Assembly (NCBI RefSeq): GCF_018977255.1
Contig: NW_024704742.1
Coordinates: 54,624,001 to 54,688,000, forward strand
Source: Callorhinchus milii
Taxonomy: Eukaryota
Direction of reading: 5' to 3'
DNA: 64,000 nt
Shown: piece by piece, positions 1-11,735 of the stretch
Numbering within the stretch: the stretch's first letter is position 1
How the letters are laid out: the number at the start of each line of letters is the position of its first letter
The notes under the pieces: generated by a model
The model's input: the letters and a program-made list of their open reading frames with translations, nothing else
Databases searched by the model: none
Told to the model about the DNA's origin: nothing
Position numbers and translations under genes: made by a program

Positions 1-679
1 GAACAACAGACGGAAGGAAGTCATTAGCATATACAAGTGCCACTGTTTTCAGTAAAACAACTCACAAGTAGGCAAAGGCATGCTTTTCTTCAATTTTTTT
101 GTAGCTCCCTGAATTGATTGAATCTCTGTCATAGTATGACTCAAAATTCTAATAAAAGGTGAAATTCAAAGCAAATTCAGAGTATTGTCGCTGAGCAGGA
201 TGGAAGAAGCATATTTAAGGATTGAGAGTAGCCGACAAACCCCATTTAAAATTCCCACACTTTATTGTGATTGATACAATTGATAAAATGAGTTGTGTAA
301 CCAGCATGAATATGGAGAAGGCAGGAACTGACTTACCCAGTGGGTTAAAAAAAGGATTAAAGTGGGTAGAGAATGAGACAAGAGATCTAAGGGAAGGTAG
401 ACCTCAGGTGCAGAGGAGAGGGGATGAGGGCAAGAGTGACTGAGGCGCAATAACGGGAAAAGGGGTCTATAAGATGGGAATAATGAAGATGAGAGCAAAA
501 GTGACTGGGGAGTAACAACTATAAAGCGTCTAAGAGGGCAATTTGAGCAAAAGAGGCTCATAAAATATAAAGAAGGAAACAGGTAACAATGGGAAACAAG
601 TGGTAATTCTGTACACCCGCTGGCTCCAACTAGGGATCTTCATAACAGAAGGCGACCGAGCACATCACAAGATCACAAA

Positions 680-1050
680 AGATTGATTCAGATGAAGAAG
701 GCCCTTCAGGCTATTTGATCTCATCCTTCCAGAATACCCAACCTACCATCTTCTCGTCACAGCATCAAGCTGTTTTTTTAAATGAATCCAGTGTCCTGGC
801 CTCAATCACCCTTTCTGGTAACCTGTCCCTGTCATTAGTTATCCTCTGTGTAAAGAAATACTTCCTGGGGTATGTCCTGAAATTATCCTTTGCAATCCTA
901 AACTTGTATGCTCTTCTTCTGCTGTCTCAGAGCATTCAAAAATATTTTTCTGTGTTTCCGTTCTCAATCCTAATTAAAATCTTGTATACCTCTGAGACAT
1001 CTGCTTTCAAAACTAAAAAACCATCAACTTGACTAATTATTGATCATAGC
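680..1050 (-). mobile_element. CR1 LINE 3' fragment (degenerate)
   Basis: Reverse complement resembles the CR1 ORF2 C-terminus (AAGTATTTCTTTACACAGAGG, KYFFTQR-like) and 3' UTR. A related piece lies at about 25070-25150. Confidence 0.7.
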
Positions 1051-2017
1051 TCATTTCCTTAACACTGTCACCAGTTTCCTTGTAGGGCAGACAAAGAAAG
1101 GGGGGTGGGGGCTGCACTTCATTTAGTTGGTCAAAATGAAATGCTTTTTGGTCTAATTTTCTTCTCCCTTGGACATATAGCACTTGGGGGAAGGGAGCTT
1201 TTCGGTTCCATTACTCCATTCATCCTGTTTGCCTCAGGGTTCGAAAATGTATTGAATGATTGCTGGCAGATTCCCATTGTAACATAGAAACACATTAAAT
1301 GAATTATTTAAAATATTTACGTCTGCTGCACAGATTTACGCTCTCAGTTATATATAGCTAGATTCCACATATCACAACATAGTCGCTGGTAAAATAGCAT
1401 CATATATTAACATAAGAGGAGCCAAAGAGAACATTGCCTAAATGTTGGCCCTTAATCAACTCCAAATTGTCTGCTTATTGCACAGTTGCTAAAACACAGG
1501 ATTAGCAGCTCCAGGGAAATTAGGGGCTATTTTAGCAACATGGTGAAGAAAATCTTTCCTGAATCTTTCAGTAAGCGAACAATTGTTTCTAACATCACAT
1601 CAATGTTACTTAATCACAGGCAGCATTTGAAATACAGTAGCAAGCAATTTTGCATGTTATCCAGAATAATGTATGACGTTGTTCTACATTATGTTTCGTG
1701 GATGGATAGATAGGACCCTAAAAGCAATTATTATATACACAATATAGTATGGGCAAAAAATGCTAATATTTTATAACAGGAACATTTCTCAGCTTTGGCA
1801 TAATGATTGGGTGCAAAAATCTCTCAAGCTCCTAATCAAGAACAGTACATGATTTGAACAACACAATATAGTGATAACTCAACTGATAGCCCATAAAGCA
1901 TCTCTCTGATGCTCATAAAGAAGAATTAGGTGCTAGGGCAAGATGACAGCTGAACAGTTATAAAAGTGTTGCATTTGTCAGCCCTATTGCTTTTACAGAA
2001 TCCTGCTTTATTTCAGA

Positions 2018-2587
2018 CTAGCTGTACTGGTTGCAGCTACGCTTGCAACCAAAGGATCCAATATGGAATGTAGATTGACACACAGACAGACATTTCATCT
2101 TTATCTATATTTATCTGGGAGGACTCCTGTGGGAGGAATCCTTTTGGGAGGACTCAGTGGGAGGACTCGGTGCTCTAAAAATGTAATTTTCTTGTTGTTG
2201 CCATGGCTTAGCTTTGTCTGTGTTCTTTATTTTGTTCCCACCGCTTGGCTACATGTGTGTTCCATGATGCAGGATGCCACAGCGCCACGGTCAGCCAGCG
2301 TGTCCACCAGGTGTAACGGCAGTGTGTGCGTATATACATACGTGATCTGTGACACATGATGCCACAGCACCACTTTGACTCAGCGGCCACCAGGTTTAAC
2401 TACAGCGAAAAACGCAAAACTGAACATAACTCATGAAAAATAGGAGATACCCCAAAACAAATATGCCCATGTCACTCCTAGATGCAAGACCTTTCCAATG
2501 AGGTATAAATAATGTCTCTACGTCAATCAGTTATTGAGATCCTTCTTGAAGCGCAGATAGACATTGTCGTTTTATTAGTATAGAAGA
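2018..2587 (-). mobile_element. Non-autonomous Helitron (570 bp)
   Basis: Minus strand begins A|TCTTCTATACTAATAAAA and ends with hairpin TGGTTGCA-8nt-TGCAACCA (2028-2051), then GTACAG CTAG|T. Inserted in an AT dinucleotide with no TSD. Confidence 0.85.
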
Positions 2588-3337
2588 TAAAAGTGACGTC
2601 AAACTGCCAGAGAAATGTTACTAGAATTAGTAGGGATTGAAGGGAATGGAAATATTTCACATCAACTCAGTGTCACATACAGGTATCTTGTAATTTTTGT
2701 TCAGAATATGATTGTGAAATGCTTCAGGGAATGCTTCAAAGATTTGTGGTGATCATTCATATCCTTGTTGAAAATATCAAACTATTGTAACAAAAATGAT
2801 GCAGCCATAGAGACAGAAACAAGCATCTGTAGGATTGTATCAGCATGTTTACCTATGGTGACAATGTGACAAGATAAGACACATTGTTCAATACAGCGTT
2901 GCTGCTCTATGAAGCCTTTACTCGCGCACAGGAGGAATATTGTAAATGCTATTGTGTACGCTGCAGAAAAAATCCACCTCTAGGTTCCTGAACTCAGTGT
3001 GGTACAAGTAAATAAAAACCAATAGACTGGATGAAAACCACCTACTTCATGTCCTACATAATATTGTGGAGAAATATGGTTGAGTCTTTCATTCACTACA
3101 GGGTCATAGCCAAAACAACACCACAAGAGTGATGTTTTATAATCTCTTCAATCATTAAGATTATTATATCTAAGCAATTTAAACATCCTATTCCTGATGT
3201 TTTATTTAGCACACGTTGGTGTATGATAAAACAAGTGTATTACAATGAATCTTTCAGGTTATATTAAATGTTAGAGACCTAAGTGTTGGAAATACACAGT
3301 TTAGAAACACAGACAGGTGTTAAGAATCCATCTCAAA

Positions 3338-3430
3338 TATCTGCATTTACAACATCTGTATCTGCAACATCTGAGTCTCTAATATCTCCATCTGTCAGTA
3401 TCTCAGTCTCCAACATTTGCATCTCTAACA
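3338..3430. repeat. Degenerate ~15-bp tandem repeat, about 6 units
   Basis: Minus-strand units GTTAGAGATGCAAAT / GTTGGAGACTGAGAT / ATTAGAGACTCAGAT / GTTGCAGATACAGAT / GTTGTAAATGCAGAT. Confidence 0.6.
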
Positions 3431-3789
3431 AGCGATGAAATGCACCATCTGCATAGTGCAGCACCGTGTGATAAATTTAAAACAAAAGACATTTAAACTG
3501 CCCAGATACAGTCTTCATAATCGTTGAACAAGTTATGGAAAACTCCATTTCAACCATAAGTTATTAAAAACATATTTAATAAGCCTTAAAATATGCATAA
3601 TCACTTGCAATATATAAATAATTTGATATTATTGTTTACCAAGATTGCTGAGCAAATGTACTAATTGTAACAACAAAAATTAACTTATGATTCAGAAACA
3701 ACCAATATAACATTTGTGGATGGTGCCACTGTGTGGTTATTCAAGTACTGCAGTCCTTTGTCCAAATTCTTGTACCTTCTACACAAATA

Positions 3790-4072
3790 CAGTGCACTAA
3801 AACCCCGCCTAGTGCTAGTACATTAATGGGGGCGGCGGGGGTGGGGAAGGAGATCCAGTCCAGCGAGACAGAATTTCTGGCTAAGTGTAATTTCAGGTGT
3901 AATGAGAAATGCTGGTAAATGCCAGTTCTGTGAGGCGGGGGCATGCTAGGAGAGTTGGGCTAGTGGGGGTCTACACTATGGGGACCCACGGAAATTTTAA
4001 AAAATATATCTTGGTTTCGAGCTGGTTCGGCTCGGTATGAAATCTGGATACTAGCAAGCTGGGGATTTACTG
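3790..4072. mobile_element. Putative Tc1/mariner (Tigger-like) MITE
   Basis: TA|CAGT...ACTG|TA ends. Imperfect TIRs CAGT(gcact)AAAACCCCGCCTAGTGCTAGTA versus CAGTAAATCCCCAGCTTGCTAGTA. Confidence 0.5.
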
Positions 4073-4115
4073 TAATGTCACTCCTGTCAGGGAAGAAATA
4101 TTTTTAAATGTTCCA

Positions 4116-4197
4116 TTTTTTTGGTCAACCGGGTGTCTGACACATGCGGAAACCCATTACTATGCTTAAGAGTCTCCAAACCAAACTGAGAATTCCA
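4116..4197 (-). mobile_element. Unclassified A-tailed repeat, copy 1 (3' end only)
   Basis: Aligns by eye to copies at 15567, 16880, 24139, 42230, 46350 and 54090. Confidence 0.75.
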
Positions 4198-4329
4198 TTT
4201 GAAATATTACCAAATTGATAAATTTATGAATTTATAAAGAACATAATTTCACAATAGGATTTTATGTACGTTTTTATGTGAGTTTATAATGGGAAGATTA
4301 ATTCTGGGGAGGTTTGATGCTGTTCTGGC

Positions 4330-4545
4330 AAGGTGTTAAAAATGTACAGACCAACAGGGTTTTTTCTATTATTATTAATCCATGCCTGTATCTGGCCTTG
4401 ACACCCTGTGACAGCAGTTTGGGAAGGAGTTTTTCATGTGGTACTTTGTTAAACGCCTTTTGGAAGTTAACGTACACAACATCATATGGTTTCCCAAGGT
4501 CAATTTATGCGGTAACCTCCTTAAAATTAACTATGTATCACTGAA
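4330..4545 (-). mobile_element. CR1 RT fragment (degenerate)
   Basis: Minus strand encodes GKPYDVVYVNFQKAFNKVPHEKLL, homologous to the CR1 RT motif DLVYLDFRKAFDKVPH. Confidence 0.75.
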
Positions 4546-5504
4546 AATGATTTCAGTCACAGAAATAGACAAGATGGGTATTTTATTGAGTTTTTACAGA
4601 ATTTTTCATTATAAAATATTATCGGTTTTGGTATTTTTCAATTAGATACTCATACCGATAACAAGCAAAGATATCCATAAACAATTCATTAAATATGAGA
4701 ATCACAGAATAATAGAGATTTATAGGGTAGAAGGAGACCAATCAGTCTATCGATTCTGCACCGTCATACACAGCAATCTAGATTAGAGCACAGGCTTTCA
4801 ATCCCACTGCCCTGCCTTCTCCCTATACCTCCAAGCTTCTACTGGAGAGAATCTCCAATTTTTGATAGACAGTGAGTGGGTTTTGCATAAAGAATACAAC
4901 AATTTTCTGCGTGAACTGTTCTGCTACTAGATCCTTTTTTTAATTCAGATCCATTCTTATATTCCCTTTTCAATGCCTTTTATGCCTGCTTCTCGATACA
5001 GAGAAAAAGCTACTGTGAATAAATTAATGCTGTCTTTGATATGCAATCAGACTTCATTCATGTCCATTTCACTGAAATAGTCTTTGACTTCTTTCTCTTT
5101 GCTTTTTCTACTCTTTTGCTTCTCGAACAATACCTAAAGATATGCAAACTCCATCGCAAAAACCTGCCAATTCCTTTCTTTGACAAGATTAAAAGAAATG
5201 AACAGGAGCGTCCAATTTCATCCCTGTCTACATTTTCAGAGAGCTCACCCAGTAATGCTTAGCCACTGCCAAATTGTATGACAAAGCAGAATATCCATAG
5301 AAAGAAAAAAAATTATGTAGTAGTAAGTGACAAAAACATTAGGCCATTAACTCTGCAGATGTTGAAGATTATTATAAATACTTGAGTTTTCAATGAATAC
5401 TGAAAATCAGGAAATATTTTGCTTTACAATTGTCTTTATACATCTCCATAATTATACTGCAGAATTGCTTATTGTGAACATGAGTATAAGTCCAATGCAC
5501 AAAT

Positions 5505-5650
5505 TATGGGGGATATGGGGAGATATGGGGAGAAAGTAGGAAACTGGAATTGAAAGGATTAGTTGAGGTACAGATCAACCATGATCTAATTAAATGGCAG
5601 AACAGGCTTGAAGGGCTGAATGGGCCACTCCTGTTCCTGTGTTCCTGTTC
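5505..5650 (+). mobile_element. CR1 3' end fragment
   Basis: GGGGATATGGGGAGAAAG...CATGATCTAATTAAATGGCAGAACAGGCTTGAAGGGCTGAATGG...CTCCTGTTCCTGTGTTCC matches the 3' UTR of the long CR1 in this window. Confidence 0.8.
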
Positions 5651-7089
5651 AAATGTAAAGCAAAATGCAGATATTACCAAGTACTGCTATTTTTCTGATC
5701 AGTGAAAAAATTAAGTGAAGCAATGCTGTCAGGTGGGGAAGGCAACATTCAGTCTCAATTGATGTCCTTGATGCCAATGATGTATTTTACAGTCAGTCAA
5801 TAGTGGTGCTCTGCTATGAATGGGTCCATTCCATGAACTTTATCCTGGATTACCTCTCTGTTCAAATGCTAGGCTCAATACTGTATTCAGCTGCCAATCG
5901 GATCGAGGTGAAACCAGGGTTTACATCCCGGTGTCCTGGTTTATGTAGTGCAGGGTCTGTCACTCACATTTTGTCAAGGGCCACCATCCATCCATCCAGC
6001 CTCAGCAACATCCCAAAGATACCAGATTTTGGATGGAGGCTTGTGGAGCAGAAGAGTTTCTGGGGTCCTTGTGTGCTGCAATTACAAACACTAATTGTGC
6101 AGAGTACAGTATTGCAGCACTGAGATAGTGAGATAGGTATCATTAAATTTTGAATGGATTTAGTTTTGGAGTCTGTACGTTGAACAATAAAGGGGTAAAA
6201 AATGTGACATCCAACGTGATAAATAATCAATCAAGTCAGAGCTGATATTCTGCTATCCAATATGGAATTGCTATGATCTGGTTCAATGGTGTTACACATG
6301 TCTTCCAAGCATTTTGACAACGTTCAGGGCTTGTTCACTCACATCAACCACCAGCCATTGACTGAACCATCAACAGGAGAAAAAATTCAGAAGATTTGAT
6401 ATCACTAATGATAATTAGCTCGTCAAATGTCTCATTTTTCCCCGCAAATTGTGATTATTCATCTCCCGGTGTCAGCATTTTCAAGCCTATAATTTCTATT
6501 TTGAATTGTTCTCACTTGTTCTCCTGAAGGACATGATTTCTAAAATAGCAATTAACTGCAGCTAGAATGTAAAATCAATGAAATTATGACGTATTCTTCC
6601 CCAAATTATATCTTTGTTAATTAAATATTCCTACCACTTCAGACAAGTATGTGGTAAATTTCAAGTCCTTTTTGTCAATCTGTTTGTAATTACTTCTCAG
6701 GATTATATCAAAGTAATATTAGCAAAGTATCATCACCATCCCATTGCCAGGCTGGCTCTCACTGAATGTCACTTGTTACTGTCATTATACCAGAATAAAT
6801 CACATGATTAAATTAAAAGTTCTACAACTATTGACCACAATAAAGGTGCCTGGAAAATAAACAACAATTTGCATTTATATAGCATCATTTATATAGTGAC
6901 AGTGTCTCAGGGTGCTTAATTAGAAAAACATAGACCTCCTCAGAAACTATATTTAGGTTAAAATAAGACCATGGGGGGATTTTACAATATTTCTTATTAA
7001 GGAGGAAACATGGGAATAGCAATATAATACAATTTACGGGAGGACATCTCAAATCGCTTGACAATTCTGGATGGGCATCTGAGCATAGC

Positions 7090-7380
7090 AATAGCAATAA
7101 GCGTAGTACAGAATAGAGAGAAAGAAAAAGGTTTAGGGGAAGAGAGATTGGAGACCAGAGGCGAGAGAAGTTTAGGAGAATATTTTTCACGCAGTGAGAT
7201 ATTGCTACATGGAATGCCCTGTCAAGAAAGGCTGTAGAAGCAGAATCGATTGTGGGGTTTCAAGAGGGAAGCAGACAAGTAGACAAGTATGACAGTGGGA
7301 TTGAATGGACAGTTTGCTCCAAAGGCCAGTGCAGGAATGGCCTCCTTCAGCGCTTTAAATTTCTATGATTCTATGATTCC
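7090..7380 (+). mobile_element. CR1 3' fragment
   Basis: TTTTTCACGCAG...TGGAATGCCCTG ORF2 C-terminal signature, ending in a (TTCTATGA)n tail. Confidence 0.8.
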
Positions 7381-8114
7381 CATATTTAATGCATTGCTAA
7401 TGGATGGCTTTGGCTTGTTATTGGTATGAACGTTTCATTGAAAAATAGCAATGCTAATCTAATGTTTTATAATGAGCTATAAAATCTCACCAATAAAACG
7501 CTCGTCTATGTCTATATCTGTGATTCTGCCCCCGGAGTATGGGAGAGGTGCTGGAAAACATCTCAAAACATGGGAGCAGGATTCATGCATGGGATGGATT
7601 GAGAGTTTAAGGGTATAACAGATAGCAAATTAATAGATGAGTAGAAGATTTATGCAGGTGTCTCCCTTGCTAAAATAATTAATGCCGTACCAATCATCAT
7701 CTTTAGAACAAATTGGATACATATCTGTCTTAGAGCAATAAAGTATATATAAACAAAAAATGTAATTCATTGTTATGTGGACATGCTAGATCCTGAAGAT
7801 GAGGAATTGTTTTCATATCACACAGGAAATGATTGCTCTTCCATCATTAATATGGATAAACTACTGTTCTATTATTCCTTAATAATCTATTTTGTGAATA
7901 CAATTCATAATAAGTAGTATTACCTTGGATTTTATAAATGCTAGATTAAATCTTCAAATTATTTATTTATTTGTGTGCTTTGGCCCTGTAGAATATCATA
8001 TATTACCTAGGAGCACAGATAATAAACTCTCTCTTTGACAATAACAACATATTAATATAAAAATGGAAAGTATAAATAGTAAACAAAATTAGTCAGTGCA
8101 TTTCTTCCATAAAA

Positions 8115-8290
8115 CATAGAAATGTACCATAGAACTGTAGAAATGTATAATATAGAAGAAGACCATTTGGCCCATCGTGTCTTTGCTGACTCTTTTAAGA
8201 GCAATTCGTTCAGTCCCATTTACCTGGCCTTTCTCCATACCTACCCTGTAGTTTACTCCTGTTTAGGTACTTATCTAGTTCCTTTTTAAA
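8115..8290 (-). mobile_element. CR1 3' end fragment
   Basis: CATAGAA-type tail repeats followed by GAAGAAGACCATTTGGCCCATCG on the plus strand. Confidence 0.65.
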
Positions 8291-9984
8291 TGATAATATT
8301 GTCCAGTCTTAGACAATGCCTAACATATTCACTTTCCTAAGAGAAGGATTTGTAAAGTATCTTCTTCACACCCAAACAACACCTTCATTCTTTAACCCAG
8401 CTGTTTTCCACAAAGACATTTTGGCCCAGAAGGAGGCTTTATATTTCCTAGTGTATGTGATTATTTGGGTTGTTTATATGTTTTGATTCTATTTCTATCC
8501 GCAGATGTATTCATCTCTGCTTCATTATGGCATTAACTATGATTTTGTTTTAAAAATCACCATAAAATAAGCTAGCGTCCCATGATGCCAACCAGCTGAA
8601 TAACATCAATTTTAATCACAAAATACCCAAATCAACATTTCTCTGGTTTATAATATGCTGTTTGACTCACTGCACAAGTGCTGATATCAGTTTGCTCATT
8701 GAGCGCCATAAATCCAAGTCCTATCTGTGCACAGTGACAATACATCAAGGAGCCCAGTCCAGATGGTGGAAAGGGTAGCATAAGCTGATGCTAGCCCTCA
8801 TGAGACGAGACACTAGGCAGCACCTGCTAGCAACATAACAACATAAGAACATAAGAATTAGGAGCAGGAGTAGTTAATTCGGCCCTTCGTGCCTGCCCCG
8901 CCATTCAATAAAATCATGGCTGATCTTCTCACCTAACTCTGATTACCTGCCCTCACCCCATATCCCCTAATCCCTCTATTTTTCAAGAATCTATCAGTCT
9001 CAGCCTTGAAAATGTTCAAGGACTGAGCATCTACAGCCTTCTGGGGGTAGTGAATTCCATAAATTCACTACCCTCTGAGTGAAGAAATGTTTCCTCAACT
9101 CTGTTCTAAGAGGCTGACCCTTAATTTTAAGACTGTGACCCCTGGTTATAGATTCTCCTATCAGGGGAAACAGTCCCTCTGTGTCTACTTTATCCAGCCC
9201 TTTAAGAATCTGATAAATTTCAATAAGATCCCCCCTAATTCTTGTGTACTCTAGAATATAGCCCTAGTTTATTCAGCCTATCCTCATAGGTCAGTCCCCT
9301 CATCCCAGGAACTAACCGAGTGAATCTACGCTGCACCCCCCCGAGGGCAAGTATGTCCTTTTTTAAATTAGGAGACCAAAACTGCACACAATACTCTAGG
9401 TGCGGTCTCACCAAAGCCCTATACAGTTGCAGCAAGACTTCCCTACTCTTATATTCTAAACCTTTCGAAATGAGCGCTAACATGCCATTCGCCTTCTTAG
9501 TTGCTTGCTGCACCTGCAAATTAACTTTTTGGGACTGGTGTACAAGGACACCCAAATCCCTTTGAATACTAGCACTACCTAACTTCTCCCCATCCAGAAA
9601 ATAATCTGTTCTTTTATTCTTGCGACCTAGGTGAATAATTTCACACTTGCTAACATTGAATTCCATCTGCCACCTACTTGCCCACTCCCCTAGCCTATCT
9701 ATATCTTGTTGCAATCTTTTTGCGTCATCCTGAGAGCTCACTCTGCTACCTAGTTTAGTATCATCCGCGAATTTAGACACATTACATTCAATGTCCTCGT
9801 CCAGATCATTGATGTAAATGGTAAATAGCTGAGGCCCAAGCACTGATCCTTGTGGCACTCCACTAGTTACATCCTGCCAATTCGAGAATGATCCATTTAT
9901 CACTACTCTCTGCTTTCTACCCGATAGCCACTCTTCTATCCATGTTAATATTTTCCCATTAATCCCATGGGCCTTGATCTTGAG

Positions 9985-10063
9985 TGATCTTGAGCGCCTT
10001 GGGACGTCCTCTCGACGTGAAAGGCACTCTATAAATGGAATCTTGTTGTTGTTGTTGTTGTTG
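9985..10063 (+). mobile_element. 79-bp 5'-truncated L2 3' tail nested in CR1
   Basis: AGCGCCTTGGGACGTCCTCTCGACGTGAAAGGCACTCTATAAATGGAATC(TTG)n. Removal restores CR1 HKRLL-LKIKAHG. Confidence 0.9.
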
Positions 10064-10144
10064 TAACAGCCTTTTGTGTGGCACCTTGTCAAATGCCTTC
10101 CTAAAATCCAAATATACCAAATCTGTGATGTGGTACTCATTTGT

Positions 10145-10470
10145 GGAGTCCTGTAGTTCAGTGGTTAGAGCACTCGCTTTGCAAGTGAGAGACCTGAGTT
10201 CAATTCCAGGCAGAGGGCGAAACCTTGGGCAAGTTTCCTTACTCCACACAGAGCCTCATAATAATCCCTCCAAAAAAAGCAAAACAATAATAAATTGGTC
10301 ATTTTCAATCTACGACTGTTTGTGGGACATTGCTGTGCGCAATTGGCTGCCGCGTTCGCCCACAAATATACAGTCAATTCACTTTACAGTATATTCTGTG
10401 AAGCGCTTTGGGACGTCCTCCCGACGTGAAAAGCGCTATATCAAATGCAAGGATTATTATTATTATTATT
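10145..10470 (+). mobile_element. tRNA-derived SINE with L2-type tail, nested in CR1
   Basis: A box TAGTTCAGTGG, B box GTTCAATTCC, TGC anticodon-like loop, (TTA)n tail. ATCT is duplicated at 10121-10124 and 10471-10474. Confidence 0.92.
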
Positions 10471-10884
10471 ATCTACTGGTTCCCCCTTATCCAACCTGCT
10501 AGATATATCCTCAAAAAATTCTAAAAGGTTAGTCAAGCATGACTTCCCTTTTGTAAAGCCATGTTGACTCTGTCTAATCTTTTTATGGTCTTCCAGGTAT
10601 CCCATAACTACGTCTTTTATTAAGGACTCAAGAATTTTCCCTACAACTGATGTCAAACTAACTGGTCTATAGTTTTCCCTATTTTCTCTCCCACCCTTCT
10701 TAAATAGTGGAGTTACGTTTGCAATCTTCCAATCAATGGGAACTTTTCCAGTATCCACAGACTTTTGGAAGATTGTAGACATGCCATCCACTATCTCAGT
10801 AGCCACCTCCTTTAAAACTCTCAGATGCAGGCCATCCGGTCCAGGAGATTTATCGGTTTTAAGACCCGACAATTTACCTAGAAC

Positions 10885-11735
10885 AGAAACTGCCCTGGTC
10901 AAGGTCACCAATGACATCCTGACCATCTGTGACCAGGGCTCTCTCTGCCTCCTCGTCCTCCTCGACCTATCGGCAGCATTCGATACGGTCGACCCTGAGC
11001 TGTCCTTTCTCCCCCATATCCGCACCACAACTGGCACCACCTTCCATCACCTCCGGAATGTCGCCAGACTACGGCACTACCTCACCCCTCACGCTGCTGA
11101 AACTCTGGTCCACGCCTTCATCACCTCAAGGCTGGACTATGGGAACTCTCTCCTCGCCGGCCTTCCCGCACCTCCCTCCACAAGCTGCAGGTCATTCAGA
11201 ACTCTGCAGCTCGTGTACTGTCCCGCACCAGGCTTCGCGACCACATCACTCCCACCCTCGCTCGCCTCCACTGGCTCCCCATCCCCCAGAGGATCAAATT
11301 CAAGATCCTCACCCTCACCTACAAGGCCATTCACGGCCTTGCTCCCTCCTACCTCTCCGACCTACTATTCCCCTACCTACCTGCCCGTACCCTCCGTTCC
11401 TCTGGCTCCGGTCTCCTCCAACCGCCCCAACCGCCCTACTATCGGTGGCCGGGCCTTCAGCCTCTCAGCCCCTAGGCTCTGGAACTCTATCCCCCAGTGC
11501 CTTCGCCCCCTCCTCCCTTTCCTCCTTCAAGGCCGGTCTCAAGACCTTTCTTTTTGACCGTGCCTTCAGCTCCCCTCTCGACTCTCTACCCCCTCCTCGC
11601 TCCCTCCCTTCCCTCCCCTCACCCTGACCATTTCCCCCCTGCTCGGGTCCTGACCCAACTGTACAGCGCCTTGGGACGTCCTCCCGACGTGAAAGGCGCT
11701 CAATAAATGGAATCGTGTTATTGTTGTTATTGTTG
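10885..11735 (+). mobile_element. 5'-truncated, internally deleted L2 LINE nested in CR1
   Basis: Encodes TETALVKVTND, LDLSAAFDTVD and SRLDYGNSLLAGLP. Has the L2 3' stem-loop and (TTG)n tail. TSD TAGAAC at 10879-10884 and 11736-11741. Confidence 0.93.

Noticed and set aside
2278..2298. REST/NRSE-like motif CAGCGCCACGGTCAG
   Set aside because: Mismatches in both half-sites, and it lies within a transposon.
5969..6119. Possible minus-strand exon (CTCAG acceptor, GTGAGT donor, open frame)
   Set aside because: The peptide CCNTVLCTISVCNCS... resembles nothing I recognise and has no partner exons. It needs RNA-seq.
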